The notes under the pieces are model-generated. The model was given only the letters and a program-made list of their open reading frames with translations, made no database searches and had not been told where the DNA came from. A DNA stretch of 64,000 bases from Eledone cirrhosa (taxonomy: Eukaryota): assembly GCA_964016885.1 (NCBI GenBank), contig OZ024763.1, forward strand, positions 27,342,001 to 27,406,000, given 5' to 3'. The position numbers were made by a program, and so were the translations under genes. Position 1 is the stretch's first letter; every line of letters begins with the position of its first letter. Shown here one piece after another: positions 25,653 through 38,225 of the stretch.

Positions 25653-27379
25653 TTAAACGATCAGAATAGATATAATTATATAGATAAAATATTTATAATT
25701 TAAGCACATGGCTGCCAATTGTGTGGGAGGTATATGTTGACTACAATTACTCACGATATAACTGGTATTTAATTTTTCTTTTAAACGACTAAGATCCAAG
25801 ACTCGAGAATAGAAATAGCTATATATTGTTCACGCTGGCTTGAGGTATCTGGTCTTTAATGCAAAGAAATACCAATGATGGCAGAAGATCACTGATGATG
25901 GATAGTCCTGGTTTCTTGCTCTATTTTTTAATTCATCATCTTCATCATCATCATCACCATTTTACGTCCGTTCTTCCATGCTAGCATGGGTTAGACGGGT
26001 TGTCCTGTTAGACGACAGTGTCTGGTTGGGTGACCTTGCCTTGCTCATACAGGAACTGATTTTGGCTGGGTTTCTACAGCTGGATGCCCTTCCTAACACC
26101 AACCTCATTTACAGTGAGTGCTGGGTGCTTTTTTGCTGTGGCACCTACACGTCCACTTTACAGTGTGGGCTGGGTGCTTCTTTGCCGTGGCACCTCCACA
26201 ACCACCTTGCAGTGGGAGGATGTGGGGGCATATTGTCTATATGCTTCAGCTTGTACCCATGGGAGGTTGGGTACTCTGTATGTATCACATTCGCAACAAC
26301 GCAGCACGCCATTTTTCACTCCTATATTTTTTGCCCTCGCTGTGACCTGCCTTTTTCTATTCCCTTACTGCTATCCTCTTTCTCTCTCCTTGTACCTCTT
26401 ACTTTCATTCACCCTCTCTCTCGGCTGGCCTCTTCCTCACACTTTCACTCACTCACTCTCTGCTACTCCCCCTCTCTCACTTCCTGCCGTCTGACCTGTG
26501 TGAAATCCTTTTCTTGCTTACATTTCGCAGGGTTCGAACGTGTCCTTCGTCTTCTCGTCAATGATTTGCTAGAACTTAAGTTCACATGTACCACTGACTT
26601 GTTTTCTCATTTTCCTTTCTTTATGTTGCCTTACCATTTTTGTTTGTTTACACTTCTCTCTTTCTCCACCCAATTCTTCTTATCCCAATAACTTATTTTA
26701 GTTACTGTTCGCGCAGGCTTGTGGTATCTGGTCTTTAATGCGAAGAAATACCGATGATGGCCAGAAGATCACTGATGACGGATAGTCCTGGTTTCTTGCT
26801 CTATTTTTTAATTCATATATATATATATATATAAAATATTTATAATCTAACCCTTGTATTTAAACTGGTTGTATTCGGCCAGAATTCTCTAACCCATTTC
26901 TGTTCAAACTGGCTGTAACTGGCCACTCATACCGACTTTAACCCTTTAGCATTTAAACAGGCCATATCCGCCCAGAATTCTGTCACCTCTGTCTGTTCAA
27001 ACCAGCCATAACTGGCCACTCATAGTTATGTTAAGGTATTGTTCTCAAAATAAATAACATCAAAATCTCAGAGATTTGATATTTTGTGAGATAATTATGT
27101 AAGATAAAGCCTTACCAAGGAAATACAATAGTATATATAGAGTAATGTGAATGATAAAGGGTTATGGTACTGTTCTCAAATAAATATCAAAATGTCATAG
27201 ATTTGGTATTATGTGAGATAAAGCCTTTACCCATAAAAATACAATAGTAAATATAGAGTAATGCAAATGGTAAAGGGATAAGCACATGGTTTAGTGGTTA
27301 GAGAATTGAATTCACAATTGTGAGATTGTAAGTTTGATTCCTGGACTGGGTGATGTATTATGTCCTTGAGCAAGACATT

Positions 27380-28105
27380 GTGACACCAACACTAGGGAAG
27401 TTGTCATGCCTTCAACAAAACTGAATAAGTCTCTTGACCCTATGTCTGGTAAGTTTTTCCATTTAGATACCCTTCCTAGCACCAATTGTTTTACAGAACG
27501 TACTGGGTGCAGTTTATCATAGCGCCAGCAGTAGGGAGATTATTGTACCTTCGACTCAACTGAAAGTGTTTTTGTCTGCATACCCTTTCTAACACCAAAC
27601 ATTTTACAGAGCATACTGGGTGCATTTTATCATGCCCTCGATCCAACTGAATGTTTTTTTTCTGGATGTTCTTCCTAACACCAGCCTCTTTTCAGAGAGT
27701 ATTAGGTGCTTTTATTATGGCACTAGCACTAGGGAGATTATCATACTCTTGACTCAACCGAAAAGTTTTCCTGGATGCCCTTCCTAACACCAGCCTCTTT
27801 TCAGAGAGTATTAGGTGCTTTTATTATGGCACTAGCACTAGGGAGATTATCATACTCTTGACTCAACCGAAAAGTTTTCCTGGATGCCCTTCCTAACACC
27901 AAACTTTTTACAGAGAGTACTGGGTACAGTTTATCATGGCACCAGCACTAGTGAAATTGTTGTGCCCCCGACTCAACTGAATATTTTTTCTGGATGCCCT
28001 TCCTAACACCAGTCACTTTACAGAGCATACTGGCTGCATTTTATCATGGTACCAGCACTAAGGAGTTTATTGTGCCCGTCATGCCCTCGTCTCAACTGAA
28101 GAGTA
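27380..28105. repeat. Tandem ~110-bp SINE-derived repeats (related array at 6030-6460)
   Basis: Repeated ggatgcccttcctaacacc...gcactagggag..ctcaactgaa units. Confidence 0.75.
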
Positions 28106-28147
28106 TCTCTCAATGCCATGTTTAGTCAGAATAAGGTTGATAATTAC

Positions 28148-28319
28148 CAGAATCCATCCTGCTTGGAATAATCCGTTCCTCTGTGGGGTATTGGTTTATG
28201 GGTGGGAAGCAGGTTTTCTTTTGTCTCACTTTCCTGTCTGCGGGAGGGCTGGGTGTGTCTGAGGTGTCCGTTGCCTTTGACTTGCAACGACTGCGACCAC
28301 GTTTGTCTATCGGTGTGTT
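28148..28319 (-). CDS. Middle exon of the candidate uncharacterised protein
   Basis: Strong cttatttcttgttttcag acceptor; NTPIDKRGRSRCKSKATD...IIPSRMDS+G; GTAATT donor in phase 1 matching the next exon. Confidence 0.65.
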
Positions 28320-28724
28320 CTGAAAACAAGAAATAAGCATGGTTTTGGTTTTGGTATTGAAATATATATATGTGTTTGTTTGTGTCAGCAACAAATCTAA
28401 CTACCAGCCCCTTGTATCATAACAACCTTGAAGTTGTTTGTTTAACTATTTTATACCATCTGATGAGCTTGGGCTGAGGGTTGGGTAGGAATAGCACTAC
28501 CTAGTCGTTGACCCCAGCGTAATATATATGAGGGATATATATATATATATATAGTAATAATAAATGTGAAGACTAAAATCCGAAGAGGGCTCGATAAGGA
28601 TTATATATATATATGTAAACCCGATGAGCAAATATTTATTATAAGAACAGATTAAAGTTTAAGCAAAGAATCGCTGCTTTCACCCTGAATGGGATCTTCT
28701 ATATATATATATATATATATTTAT

Positions 28725-29165
28725 CATTAGCTGCCTTAAATCCAGGACATGTTTCCTAAAGAGCGTCACATCCCTTGGAACATCAAGCATAAGTAAAGAA
28801 AGAGTCACTTGCTGGGAAGATAAACTTAACAATCTCCCAACAATGGAGGGAGTTAAAGGTGAGCGAGCCACTGCCCCAGCAGATACAAACTATGCAGCCT
28901 CAACAGACTAAGATCTGGTGTTGGACGTACAAAAGTCAATCTTGCAAAATGGGGATATTTAAAGGATGGGGACGTTGTGTGTGACTGTGGCATTGAACCA
29001 CAGACTACACAGCACCTCTTGATGTGTCCCCTGCTGGAACACCCCTACACAGCATTGGACTTGGCAGAGTTTAATGAGAAAAGACAGCAATGTGTTGAGG
29101 TGTGGTGGAACCACATCTAGCCAAGCTTTGTAACTGACATTGTTGTGGACACGACAAGAAGAAGT
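28725..29165 (+). mobile_element. Vingi/Ingi-like LINE 3' end
   Basis: LRSGVGRTKVNLAKWGY...CDCGIEPQTTQHLLMCP zinc knuckle and an (AAG)n tail. Confidence 0.7.
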
Positions 29166-30238
29166 GTACATTGGATAATATAGTCCTAGATAGCCTATGT
29201 CTGATAGCCACTATTACTAGCTACTGTACTATACATTAGATAATATAGTCCTAGATATACAATGTCTGATAGCCACTAATACTAGCTACTGTACTGTACA
29301 TTAGATAATATAGTCCTAGATATACAATGTCTGATAGCCACTAATACTAGCTACTGTACTGTACATTAGATAATATAGTTCTAGATATACAATGTCTGAT
29401 AGCCACTAATACTAGCTACTGTACTGTACATTAGATAATATAGTCCTAGATATACAATGTCTGATAGCCACTAATACTAGCTACTGTACTGTACATTAGA
29501 TAATATAGTTCTAGATATACAATATCTGATAGCCACTAATACTAGCTACTGTACTGTACATTAGATAATATAGTTCTAGATATACAATGTCTGATAGCCA
29601 CTAATACTAGCTACTGTACTGTACATTAGATAATATAGTTCTAGATATACAATGTCTGATAGCCACTAATACTAGCTACTGTACTGTACATTAGATAATA
29701 TAGTTCTAGATATACAATGTCTGATAGCCACTAATACTAGCTACTGTACTGTACATTAGATAATATAGTCCTAGATATACAATGTCTGATAGCCACTAAT
29801 ACTAGCTACTGTACTGTACATTAGATAATATAGTTCTAGATAGACTATGTCTGATAGCCACTAATACTAACTACTGTACTGTACATTAGATAATGTAGTC
29901 CTAGATATACTATGTCTGGTAACCACTAATACTAACTACTGTACTGTACATTAGATAATATAGTCCAAGATACACTATGTCTGGTAACCACATCTAGCCA
30001 AACTTTGTAACTGACACTCTTGTGGACACAACAAAAAGAAGTGTACATTGGATAATATAGTCCTAGATATACTATGTCTGGTAACCACATCTAGCCAAGC
30101 TTTATAACTGACAGTGTTGTAGTACGATAAGAAGAACTGTACATTGGATAATATAGTCCTAGATATACTATGTCTGATAACCACAACTAGCCAAGTTTTG
30201 TAGCTGACACTGTTGTGGACACAAGAAGAAGAAGAAGC
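29165..30238. repeat. 65-bp minisatellite (~12 copies) followed by longer units including the LINE tail
   Basis: tacattagataatatagtcctagatatacaatgtctgatagccactaatactagctactgtactg. Confidence 0.93.
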
Positions 30239-30361
30239 ATAGATTAAAAGTTTAAGCAAACAATTTCTGCTTTCATCTATATACGTTTTGGGATGCACAC
30301 TTACCTACTATATCGTGAACAAGAACAACACAAATAGATAGTGAAGATATGGTTTACATAC

Positions 30362-30364
30362 CAT
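30362..30364 (-). CDS. Putative ATG-only first coding exon of the candidate gene
   Basis: ggaaATG|GTATGT on the minus strand gives a phase-0 join to NTP...; an alternative AG|GTAAGT donor exists at 30304. Confidence 0.45.
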
Positions 30365-30487
30365 TTCCTAATGGTTTTAAAGAAAAGTGTGATTTGTGGT
30401 TACTTTCTTAGTTTTTTTTTTTTTTTTTTTTTTTTCTTCTCTCTTTCGTTGTCGTTGTCGTCTTGTTGCTAGTAGCGTCTGTTAAAC

Positions 30488-30495
30488 TCTCGCGA
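30488..30495. promoter_or_regulatory. TCTCGCGA promoter-type motif upstream of the candidate gene
   Basis: Core of the TCTCGCGAGA housekeeping-promoter palindrome, in a locally CpG-richer patch ~125 bp upstream of the putative ATG. Confidence 0.35.
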
Positions 30496-32002
30496 ATATC
30501 ACACCAGCTTCAAAAATGAGAAGTAGAATAAAAACCGACGACTTTCAGAACTTAACTAAGACGAATAACAGGAGAAAGAAAAAGAGGAAGAACATATAAG
30601 ATAGATAGATAGATAGAAAGAGAAGAAAAAAAAGTAGAAGTAATAAGAGAGAAAAGAGAAAGAGAAAGATGGGGAGCGACGACGACAAAAAAAAAAAAAA
30701 AAATTTCAGACAAACAAGATGTAGAATGTTATAAGTTACGAAGTTACAAGACAGCCACGGACTTTTCTTCAAACAGAATACTTCACCTCCAAAGGAAAAA
30801 GAGGAAGATAAAGGAAAATAGAATAACGACAAATTTTAAAGGAGAAAAAATAATTGTTTCTACTTTTGGCACAAGGCCAACAATTATCTCAGTACATTAC
30901 TGGTACTTTATTTTATCGACCCCGTAAGGATAAAAAGGCAAAGTTAACCTCGGCGGGATTTGAGGTTAACTTTGCCAAAGGAGAAAAAATAATTGTTTCT
31001 ACTTTTGGCACAAGGCCAACAATTATCCCAGTGCATTACTGGTACTTTATTTTATCGACCCCGTAAGGATAAAAAGCAAAGTTAACCTCGGTGGGATTTG
31101 AACTCAGAATGGCAAGGGTCGTAATCCTATGCTTAGAGCATGCCGTCCGTCCCTCTAAAGGAGAAAAAAATAATTGTTTTTACTTTTGGCACAAGGCCAG
31201 CAATTATCCCAGTGCATTACGGGTACTTTATTTTATCGACCCCGTACGCATAAAAGGCAAAGTTAACCTCGGTGGGATTTGAAACCAGATCGTAAAGGGA
31301 CGTAACTCCATGCTTGCAAAGCATGGTGTCCGACCCCCTACCGATACTGCCAATTCACCACCAAAAAATAATAATGTTGGATCATGTCTGAAGTTGTAGC
31401 TATAAACTCGCCAGATAAGACCGCAAAAACAGATTGACAAAATGACAGTAAGTCAAGTCAAAATATTTGCTCTACGGGTTTTTATATATAATCCTTATCG
31501 AGCCCTCTCCGGATTTTAGTCTTCACATTTATTATTACTACTATTATATATATATATATATATATAGTAATAATAATAAATTTGAAGACTAAAATCCAAA
31601 GAGGGCTCGATAAGGATAAATATATATCAAATATATAAGAACGGTAGAGCAAATATTTATTAAAATAACAGATTAAAATTTAAGCAAAGAATCGCTGCTT
31701 TCACCCTTAACGAGGTCTTCTGAAACTCAGAATTATTTAAAAAAAAAAAAAAAATATATATATATATGTATATATTAGAAAGGGGATGAGCTTCACATGG
31801 TATACGAAACGCCGTATGCTAATACGACTCCCTCAGGAGTTACGGTACTAAAGAAGAATATCTACAATAATTGTTTCTACTTTTGGCACAAGGCCAACAA
31901 TTATTCCAGTACATTACTGGTACTTTATTTTATCGACCCCGTAAGGATGAAAGGCAAAGTTAAACTCGGCGTTTCAATAATATATATATATGCATATATA
32001 TG

Positions 32003-32189
32003 AAAAAATATGACCCCGACGGCAGAGCTGAAGTCGTTTCGACTAAATAGTAGTCCAGAAATAGCCGTCGAAACGGCTTGAGCTCTGCCGTCGGGGTCAT
32101 ACTTTTTCTTATTTCCCACTCTACTACCCTAAGTATTGAGTACTCTGGTGCGTTATGGTCCATCTGGTTCCTTACCACATTTCCTTTGT

Positions 32190-32192
<3 letters not shown>
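32003..32192 (+). mobile_element. 5'-truncated pLTR remnant related to the 57-62 kb Penelope-like element, with fold-back 5' end
   Basis: tagtccagaaatagccgtcgaaacggcttgagctc...ccacatttcctt matches the pLTR end; preceded by its own inverted copy; (TA)n on both sides. Confidence 0.85.
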
Positions 32193-32219
<27 letters not shown>

Positions 32220-32221
<2 letters not shown>

Positions 32222-32805
32222 TCCCACACGCCACCTACACCCACAACACGCTTAAACCCCACACACACGTGCGTTCCACCACATATTTACACATTCAGCC
32301 TCCGGATTCCTCTCCCCCCCACCCCTCTATCCACACACGCACACACACTCCGACCTACACCCCACCCCCACACACCTCTTCCTGAACATGCAACCCCGTT
32401 CTTCCCCCAACCCTTGCTTTCACATACACACACACACACGTACACCTACACACACACACCACCTTCAGCCCTCCCCGTCTCCCTCTCCCCACTCCACCCG
32501 CCACCACCCCTACACGACCCACACCCTTCCACCACCTGTTTTACCCCATTTTAATTTTATTTTGATCATGCTTTTATTTTTAATTTCATTCGCACCGTTT
32601 CCTCCCACCCTCCTTTTCGCTATATGTCTCTCCACCACTCCCCTACACACCCTTTGAACTCTCTTCCCACACACTTTTCACCTGAAGAAGGGCTTATGCC
32701 CGAAACGTCGTTCCCCACCACCACCCCACTCTCAAGAGCGTTAAATTAATAAACATTCGTTGTACTGCCTCTCTGTTTTGTTCCTGTTCAAATTTTCCAT
32801 TATAT
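32220..32805 (+). mobile_element. Penelope-type pLTR with minimal hammerhead at 32682-32709, ending in (TA)n
   Basis: CTGAAGA-A-GGGCTTATGCCC-GAAACGTC; ~220 bp near-identical to 17650-17870; stem I is weak. Confidence 0.6.
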
Positions 32806-33356
32806 ATATATATATATATATTATTATATATACATGTGTGTTTATTCGTAAACCTACCGCTAGATATACAAAATACTCACCTATATATATTTATATTTAT
32901 CGAAAGAGACGACATTTTTCGGAAAAAAAATGGAGAAGGTTAAAAGTTTAAGTAACCCGAATTTTCCGTTTGTGTTTGAATGATAACTGTTTCTACTTTT
33001 GGCAAAGGCCAGCAATTATCCCAGTACATTACTGGTACTTTATTTTATCGACCCCGTAAGGATGAAAGGCAAAGTTAACCTCGGCGAGATTTGAACTCAG
33101 ACCATAAAGGGCCGTAACTCTTTGCTGCAAAGCATGGCGTCCGACCCTCTACCGTGACAAGATTTTTAGTTTCACTGACGTATTGCATTTGCAATGGATG
33201 CCAGAAGCTCTGTAGCGATAAACTCGTCAACCAACCGTCAACCACTTGTGGTGGGCGCTAGAATCTCTGTGGTGGTGGTAAACTTGTCAAACGTCAACCA
33301 TTTGTGGTGGTGGTAAACTTGTCGGCCAGCGTGTAGGACTCCATTTGCTCATAATA

Positions 33357-33547
33357 ATTGTTTCTACTTTTGGCACAAGGCCAGCAATTATTCCAGTGTA
33401 TTACTGGTACTTTATTTTATCGACCCCGTAAGGATGAACGGCAAAGTTAACCTCGGCGGGATTTGAAACCATACCGCAAAGGGCCACAACTCTATGCTGC
33501 AAAGCATTGAATCCAACCCTCTACCAATACTGGCAATCCACCGCCCT
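33357..33547 (-). mobile_element. Full-length tRNA-derived SINE with 14-bp TSD
   Basis: ATTTGCTCATAATA at 33343-33356 and 33548-33561. Confidence 0.92.
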
Positions 33548-33742
33548 ATTTGCTCATAATAGTGAGAGATGGGTAGGGCAAGAGAGATGGAGGCGATGAC
33601 AGTGGGTGTTTGGCTCCTCTGTGTTCGGACCTGGTGTATATATGTGCGTGTGTTTACTTCTATTCATTTGATATGACAGTATCTAAGCTCCCTACTTCTA
33701 TAATGACACCCGGTATCTTGATTTTAGGGATTTTTGTTTGTA

Positions 33743-34588
33743 ATACAGTGAAATTCCGTTATAACGAAATTCACGTTGTCTACAAAAAATTCGTTGTAAC
33801 GAAAAATTAGTCCGTCATTTTTTACAAGCTCTATACGGACTTTTAAACTGATTATATATATATAGATATACACTGAAATTACGTTATAACGAAATCCATG
33901 GGATATAAAAATATTCGTTGTAACGAAAATTTAGTTCGTCATTTCTTACACGCTCTATGCGGACGTTTAAATTGATTAAATATAAGGGGTCTCAGATAGC
34001 TCTCCGCCGCTAGTCTGTCATTTCTTACAAGCTCTATACGGACGTTTAAATTGATTATATATATATATGGTGGCTGCCAACTCGTTTTCGAGTACGGCCA
34101 CTACTTTATATCCATGTAGAAGAACCCCAACCGATGCGCTGAACGAGTGTGACTTTTTAGTCCAGCCAGCGATTTGAAAACTCTGGTACAAACACTACAC
34201 CTGTGACAATTATTGTCACATAGTGCCGGGCCCATGGTACCATGTGAGGACAAGTGCAGAGAGATCTCCAGATACAAAGCAATGCCTGTGTCGTGAAGCT
34301 TTTATAGTGAGCAAAGGCACTGCACAAAGCCAGTCCCACTCTCTTAACCAAGATGATATTTACCAAAAAGAAGAACAAGTCAACATCATTGGATACCATC
34401 AGAGTTGCAGGTGTTATATCAGAGTTTTCCTTCTCCTAGAATTCTGCCTTGACAAAGGTTAAGGAGTCATCTCTCCCGGTGATTTTGGATAGCCATTGAC
34501 TCTTAAGAGCTCCTTTGCCCTTTGACAGGTTTTGTTTTTAGTCCTGCAGGATGTCCAAAGTCACCCTCCTCACCAAGAAACCTCGGTG

Positions 34589-34626
<38 letters not shown>

Positions 34627-35031
34627 CACACATGCAGTGAAATTATGTTATAACGAAATTCACGAGGGATAAAAAAATTCGCTGTAACGAAAAATTCTTT
34701 ATAACGAGATGGACCTAATAGATCGAGCGTGTGGCGGAGGATTGAAAAAAATACGTTATACTGAAAAATTCGTTATAATGGTATTCTTTATAACGGAATT
34801 TTACCTGTATAAGTAATTTGCAAAGAAATAGAAACCAAAAGAAAATATATTCCATACAGGTAAAATTCCGCTATAACGAATACCATTGTAACGAATTTTT
34901 CAGTATAACGAAATTTTTTTCAGTCCCGGCCAGACGTTTGATGTGGTAGGTCGATCTCGTTATAAAGAATTTTTCGTTACAACGAATTTTTTTATACCCA
35001 GTCAATTTCGTTATAACGGAATTTCACTGTA
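33743..35031. mobile_element. Cluster of pogo/Tigger-type MITEs
   Basis: TA-CAGTGAAATTCCGTTATAACGAA termini; complete ~175-bp copies at ~34635-34810 and ~34856-35031 in opposite orientation. Confidence 0.7.
34067..34590 (-). mobile_element. Non-autonomous RTE-like element (5'-region segment fused to C2H2 zinc-finger 3' end)
   Basis: 3' part matches 51300-51482 and 56016-56610; 5' part resembles 51700-51800; flanked by (TA)n/(TATG)n. Confidence 0.65.
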
Positions 35032-35139
35032 GCAAAAAAAAAGCTGAATAAAATTAACAACAAAGAAATAAAAGAGAAAGATTTATAAAAAGAAATTTTA
35101 CGAATAAGGAAAAGGAAAAAAACAAATGGCGGCGGACTT

Positions 35140-36330
35140 GAAGGAGGAGAAGGGAGGGGGAGGGGATGAAGGGTGGAAGTTTGAGTGAGGGAAAACTAGG
35201 AGGAAGGGGAGGTGGGTATAGTGAGTTTAATGAGGGAAGAGTGGAGGAGGAGAGGAATGTTGAGGGGGTGGTGGGTAGAGGAAAGAGGAGGAGGAGGAGA
35301 ATGGTGAGGGAGGCGGTGGGTAGAGGAAGGAGGAGGAGAATGGTGAGGGAGGAGGTGGTGGGTACAGTAAGTTTTATGGGGAAGGCAGAGAAATGTGGAG
35401 GTGGGAGGTGGTAAGTTTAATATGAGGGGCGGAGGAGGTGTGTGATGGTTACAGTAACTTTAATGAGGGAGGGGGAAGGGTAAAGTTTGAGTGAGGGAAG
35501 GGGTAGAGTAGGTTTAATGAGGGAGAGGCGGAGGCAGAAGAGAAGAAAGGGGAGGAAGAGAATTAGGAGAGAATGTGTGGGGGGTATACAGTAAGTTTAA
35601 TGTGGGAGAGGGTGGGTAGCGGTGGGAGAGGAGCTGGGTGGTGGGGTTAGAGTGAGTTTAATGTGATGGAAAGGTGGAGGAAGAGGAAGAATAGCAGGGG
35701 TAGGCAGAGAGTTGAGAGGGGGGTGGAGGTGGGTACAGTAAGTCTAATGAGAGGAAAGGGGGAGGAGAAGTTGGAGGGAGTGGCGGGTACAGTGAGTTTA
35801 ATGGGGAGGGGGAGCAGAGTTGTAGTAGAAAGGGGTGGGAGAGGGAGGAGAAGGGAAAGAAATAGGAGGTAAAGAGAGGAGGAGGAGGAGGGGAGGCAGA
35901 TAATTGTGAGGTGGTGGTGGTGGGTGGTGGGTACAGTCGGTCTAAGGGGAGGCGAAGCGGGAGGAAGTAGTAGGTACAGTAAGTTTAATGATGGGAGGGT
36001 GGGAGAGGGAGGAGAAGGGAAAGAAATAGGAGATAGATAGATAGATAGATAGAGAGACAAAGAGGTGGGGGAGAAGGAGGAGGAAGAGAAAGAAAAAAAG
36101 ACGAAAACGAAGAGATGAAAGCAGAGGGGGAAGAAAGAAAGAAAGAAGTTGTAGAGTTAGAGAGAGGAGAGGGGGGGGGGGGGAGAAAATAAAGACAGAA
36201 AGGAAGAAAGGATTATAAAGGTGGTAGAAGAAGTGGAAGAAAAAGGGAAAAATAAAAAGAGGTAAGAGAAGAAGAAGAAGTGGAACAAGAGGAAGAAGAA
36301 GAAAAAGAGAAGGAGGGAAAGCAGAAACTA
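35140..36330. repeat. Purine/G-rich low-complexity tract with recurring ggtacagtaagtttaatg motif
   Basis: Almost C-free strand; the motif recurs about 10 times. Confidence 0.8.
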
Positions 36331-36394
36331 TGGATTGTAAACAAGAATCATTTTTAATCTCACCAACGTGGAATTATGGCAAGATTTGTGTGAG

Positions 36395-36434
36395 TGTATA
36401 TATATAGGTGTATAGGTGTATATATATATACACC

Positions 36435-36474
<40 letters not shown>

Positions 36475-36569
36475 GGTGTATATATGTATATATATATATA
36501 TATATAGGTGTATATATATATATATATATATATAGGTGTATATATGTATATATATATATATATATATAG

Positions 36570-36632
<63 letters not shown>

Positions 36633-36663
36633 TGTATATATGTATATATATATATATATATAG

Positions 36664-36698
<35 letters not shown>

Positions 36699-36751
36699 TG
36701 TATATATGTATATATATATATATATATAGGTGTATATATATATATATATAG

Positions 36752-36825
<74 letters not shown>

Positions 36826-36844
36826 GTGTATATATATAGGTGTA

Positions 36845-36876
<32 letters not shown>

Positions 36877-36948
36877 GGTGTATATATGTATATATATATA
36901 TAGGTGTATATATATTATATATATAGGTGTATATATATATATATATAG

Positions 36949-36983
<35 letters not shown>

Positions 36984-37096
36984 TGTATATATGTATATAT
37001 ATATATAGGTGTATATATATATATATATACACTTGTATGTATATATATATATACGTATATGTATGTGTGTATATATATATATATATATACGTATAT

Positions 37097-37129
<33 letters not shown>

Positions 37130-37148
37130 CATATATACATATGGTGTG

Positions 37149-37200
<52 letters not shown>
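36395..37200. repeat. Long (TA)n microsatellite interrupted by GGTG
   Basis: Direct inspection. Confidence 0.97.
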
Positions 37201-37257
37201 CACATGCATGCGATTACGTGCGTGCGTTTTATGCAAAATAGAATAAAATAAATTTAA

Positions 37258-37283
37258 TGACGTCACTTTACTAAATGACGTCA
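37258..37283. promoter_or_regulatory. Two full CRE palindromes (TGACGTCA) with starts 18 bp apart
   Basis: TGACGTCA at 37258-37265 and 37276-37283. Confidence 0.4.
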
Positions 37284-37427
37284 CACTGATCTTTTAAAGA
37301 ATTTCAAGAATTCGATTTAAATTCAATAATGTATTGAAGAAATTGATAGAAAGAAAGAAAAGAAGAGAAAAGAAAACAAAAAAATATATTTAAAAATATA
37401 TAAACAAAAGATTGAATAATAAAGTAC

Positions 37428-37655
37428 ATACTACTACTACTACTACTGCTACTGCTGCTACTACTACTACTACTGCTGCTGCTACTACTACTACTGCTGC
37501 TGCTACTACTACTACTACTATTGCTGGTGCTGCTACTACTACTACTATTACTGCTACTACTACTACTACTATTACTGCTGCTGCTGCTGCTACTACTACT
37601 ACTACTACTACTACTATTACTGCTACTACTACTACTACTATTACTGCTGCTGCTG

Positions 37656-37688
<33 letters not shown>

Positions 37689-37751
37689 TTACTGCTGCTG
37701 CTGCTGCTGCTGCTACTACTACTACTACTACTACTACTGCTACTAATAATG

Positions 37752-37790
<39 letters not shown>

Positions 37791-37800
37791 ATAATAATAA
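37428..37800. repeat. (CTA/CTG)n trinucleotide tract
   Basis: Direct inspection. Confidence 0.95.
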
Positions 37801-37950
37801 TAGTTTCTACTTTAGGCACAAGGCCAGCAAATTACCCAGTGTATTACTGGTACTTTATTTTATCAACCCCATAAGGATGAAAAGCAAAGTCAACCTCGGC
37901 GGGATTTGAACTCAGAAGGGAATAATAATGATTTCATCTATTGGCCACAA

Positions 37951-38225
37951 GGGCCGACATATGGGGGACAATACAAGACTGGGACAGTGGGGCCGACATA
38001 TAGGGGACAATACAAGACTGGGACAGTGGGGCCGACATATGGGGGACAATACAAGACTGGGACAGTGGGGCCGACATATGGGGGACAATACAAGACTGGG
38101 ACAGTGGGGCCGACATATAGGGGACAATACAAGACTGGGACAGTGGGGCCGACATATGGGGGACAATACAAGACTGGGACAGTGGGGCCGACATATGGGG
38201 GACAATACAAGACTGGGACAGTGGG
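37951..38225. repeat. 39-bp minisatellite x7
   Basis: gggccgacatatgggggacaatacaagactgggacagtg. Confidence 0.95.

Noticed and set aside
25978-26691. 237-aa hydrophobic ORF
   Set aside because: Reads through an antisense SINE and a pyrimidine-rich tract; no recognisable domain.
36328-37284. YI/HT/CV-repeat ORFs here and at 11090-11856, 47347-50708 and 54423-55947
   Set aside because: Translations of di- and tetranucleotide microsatellites.
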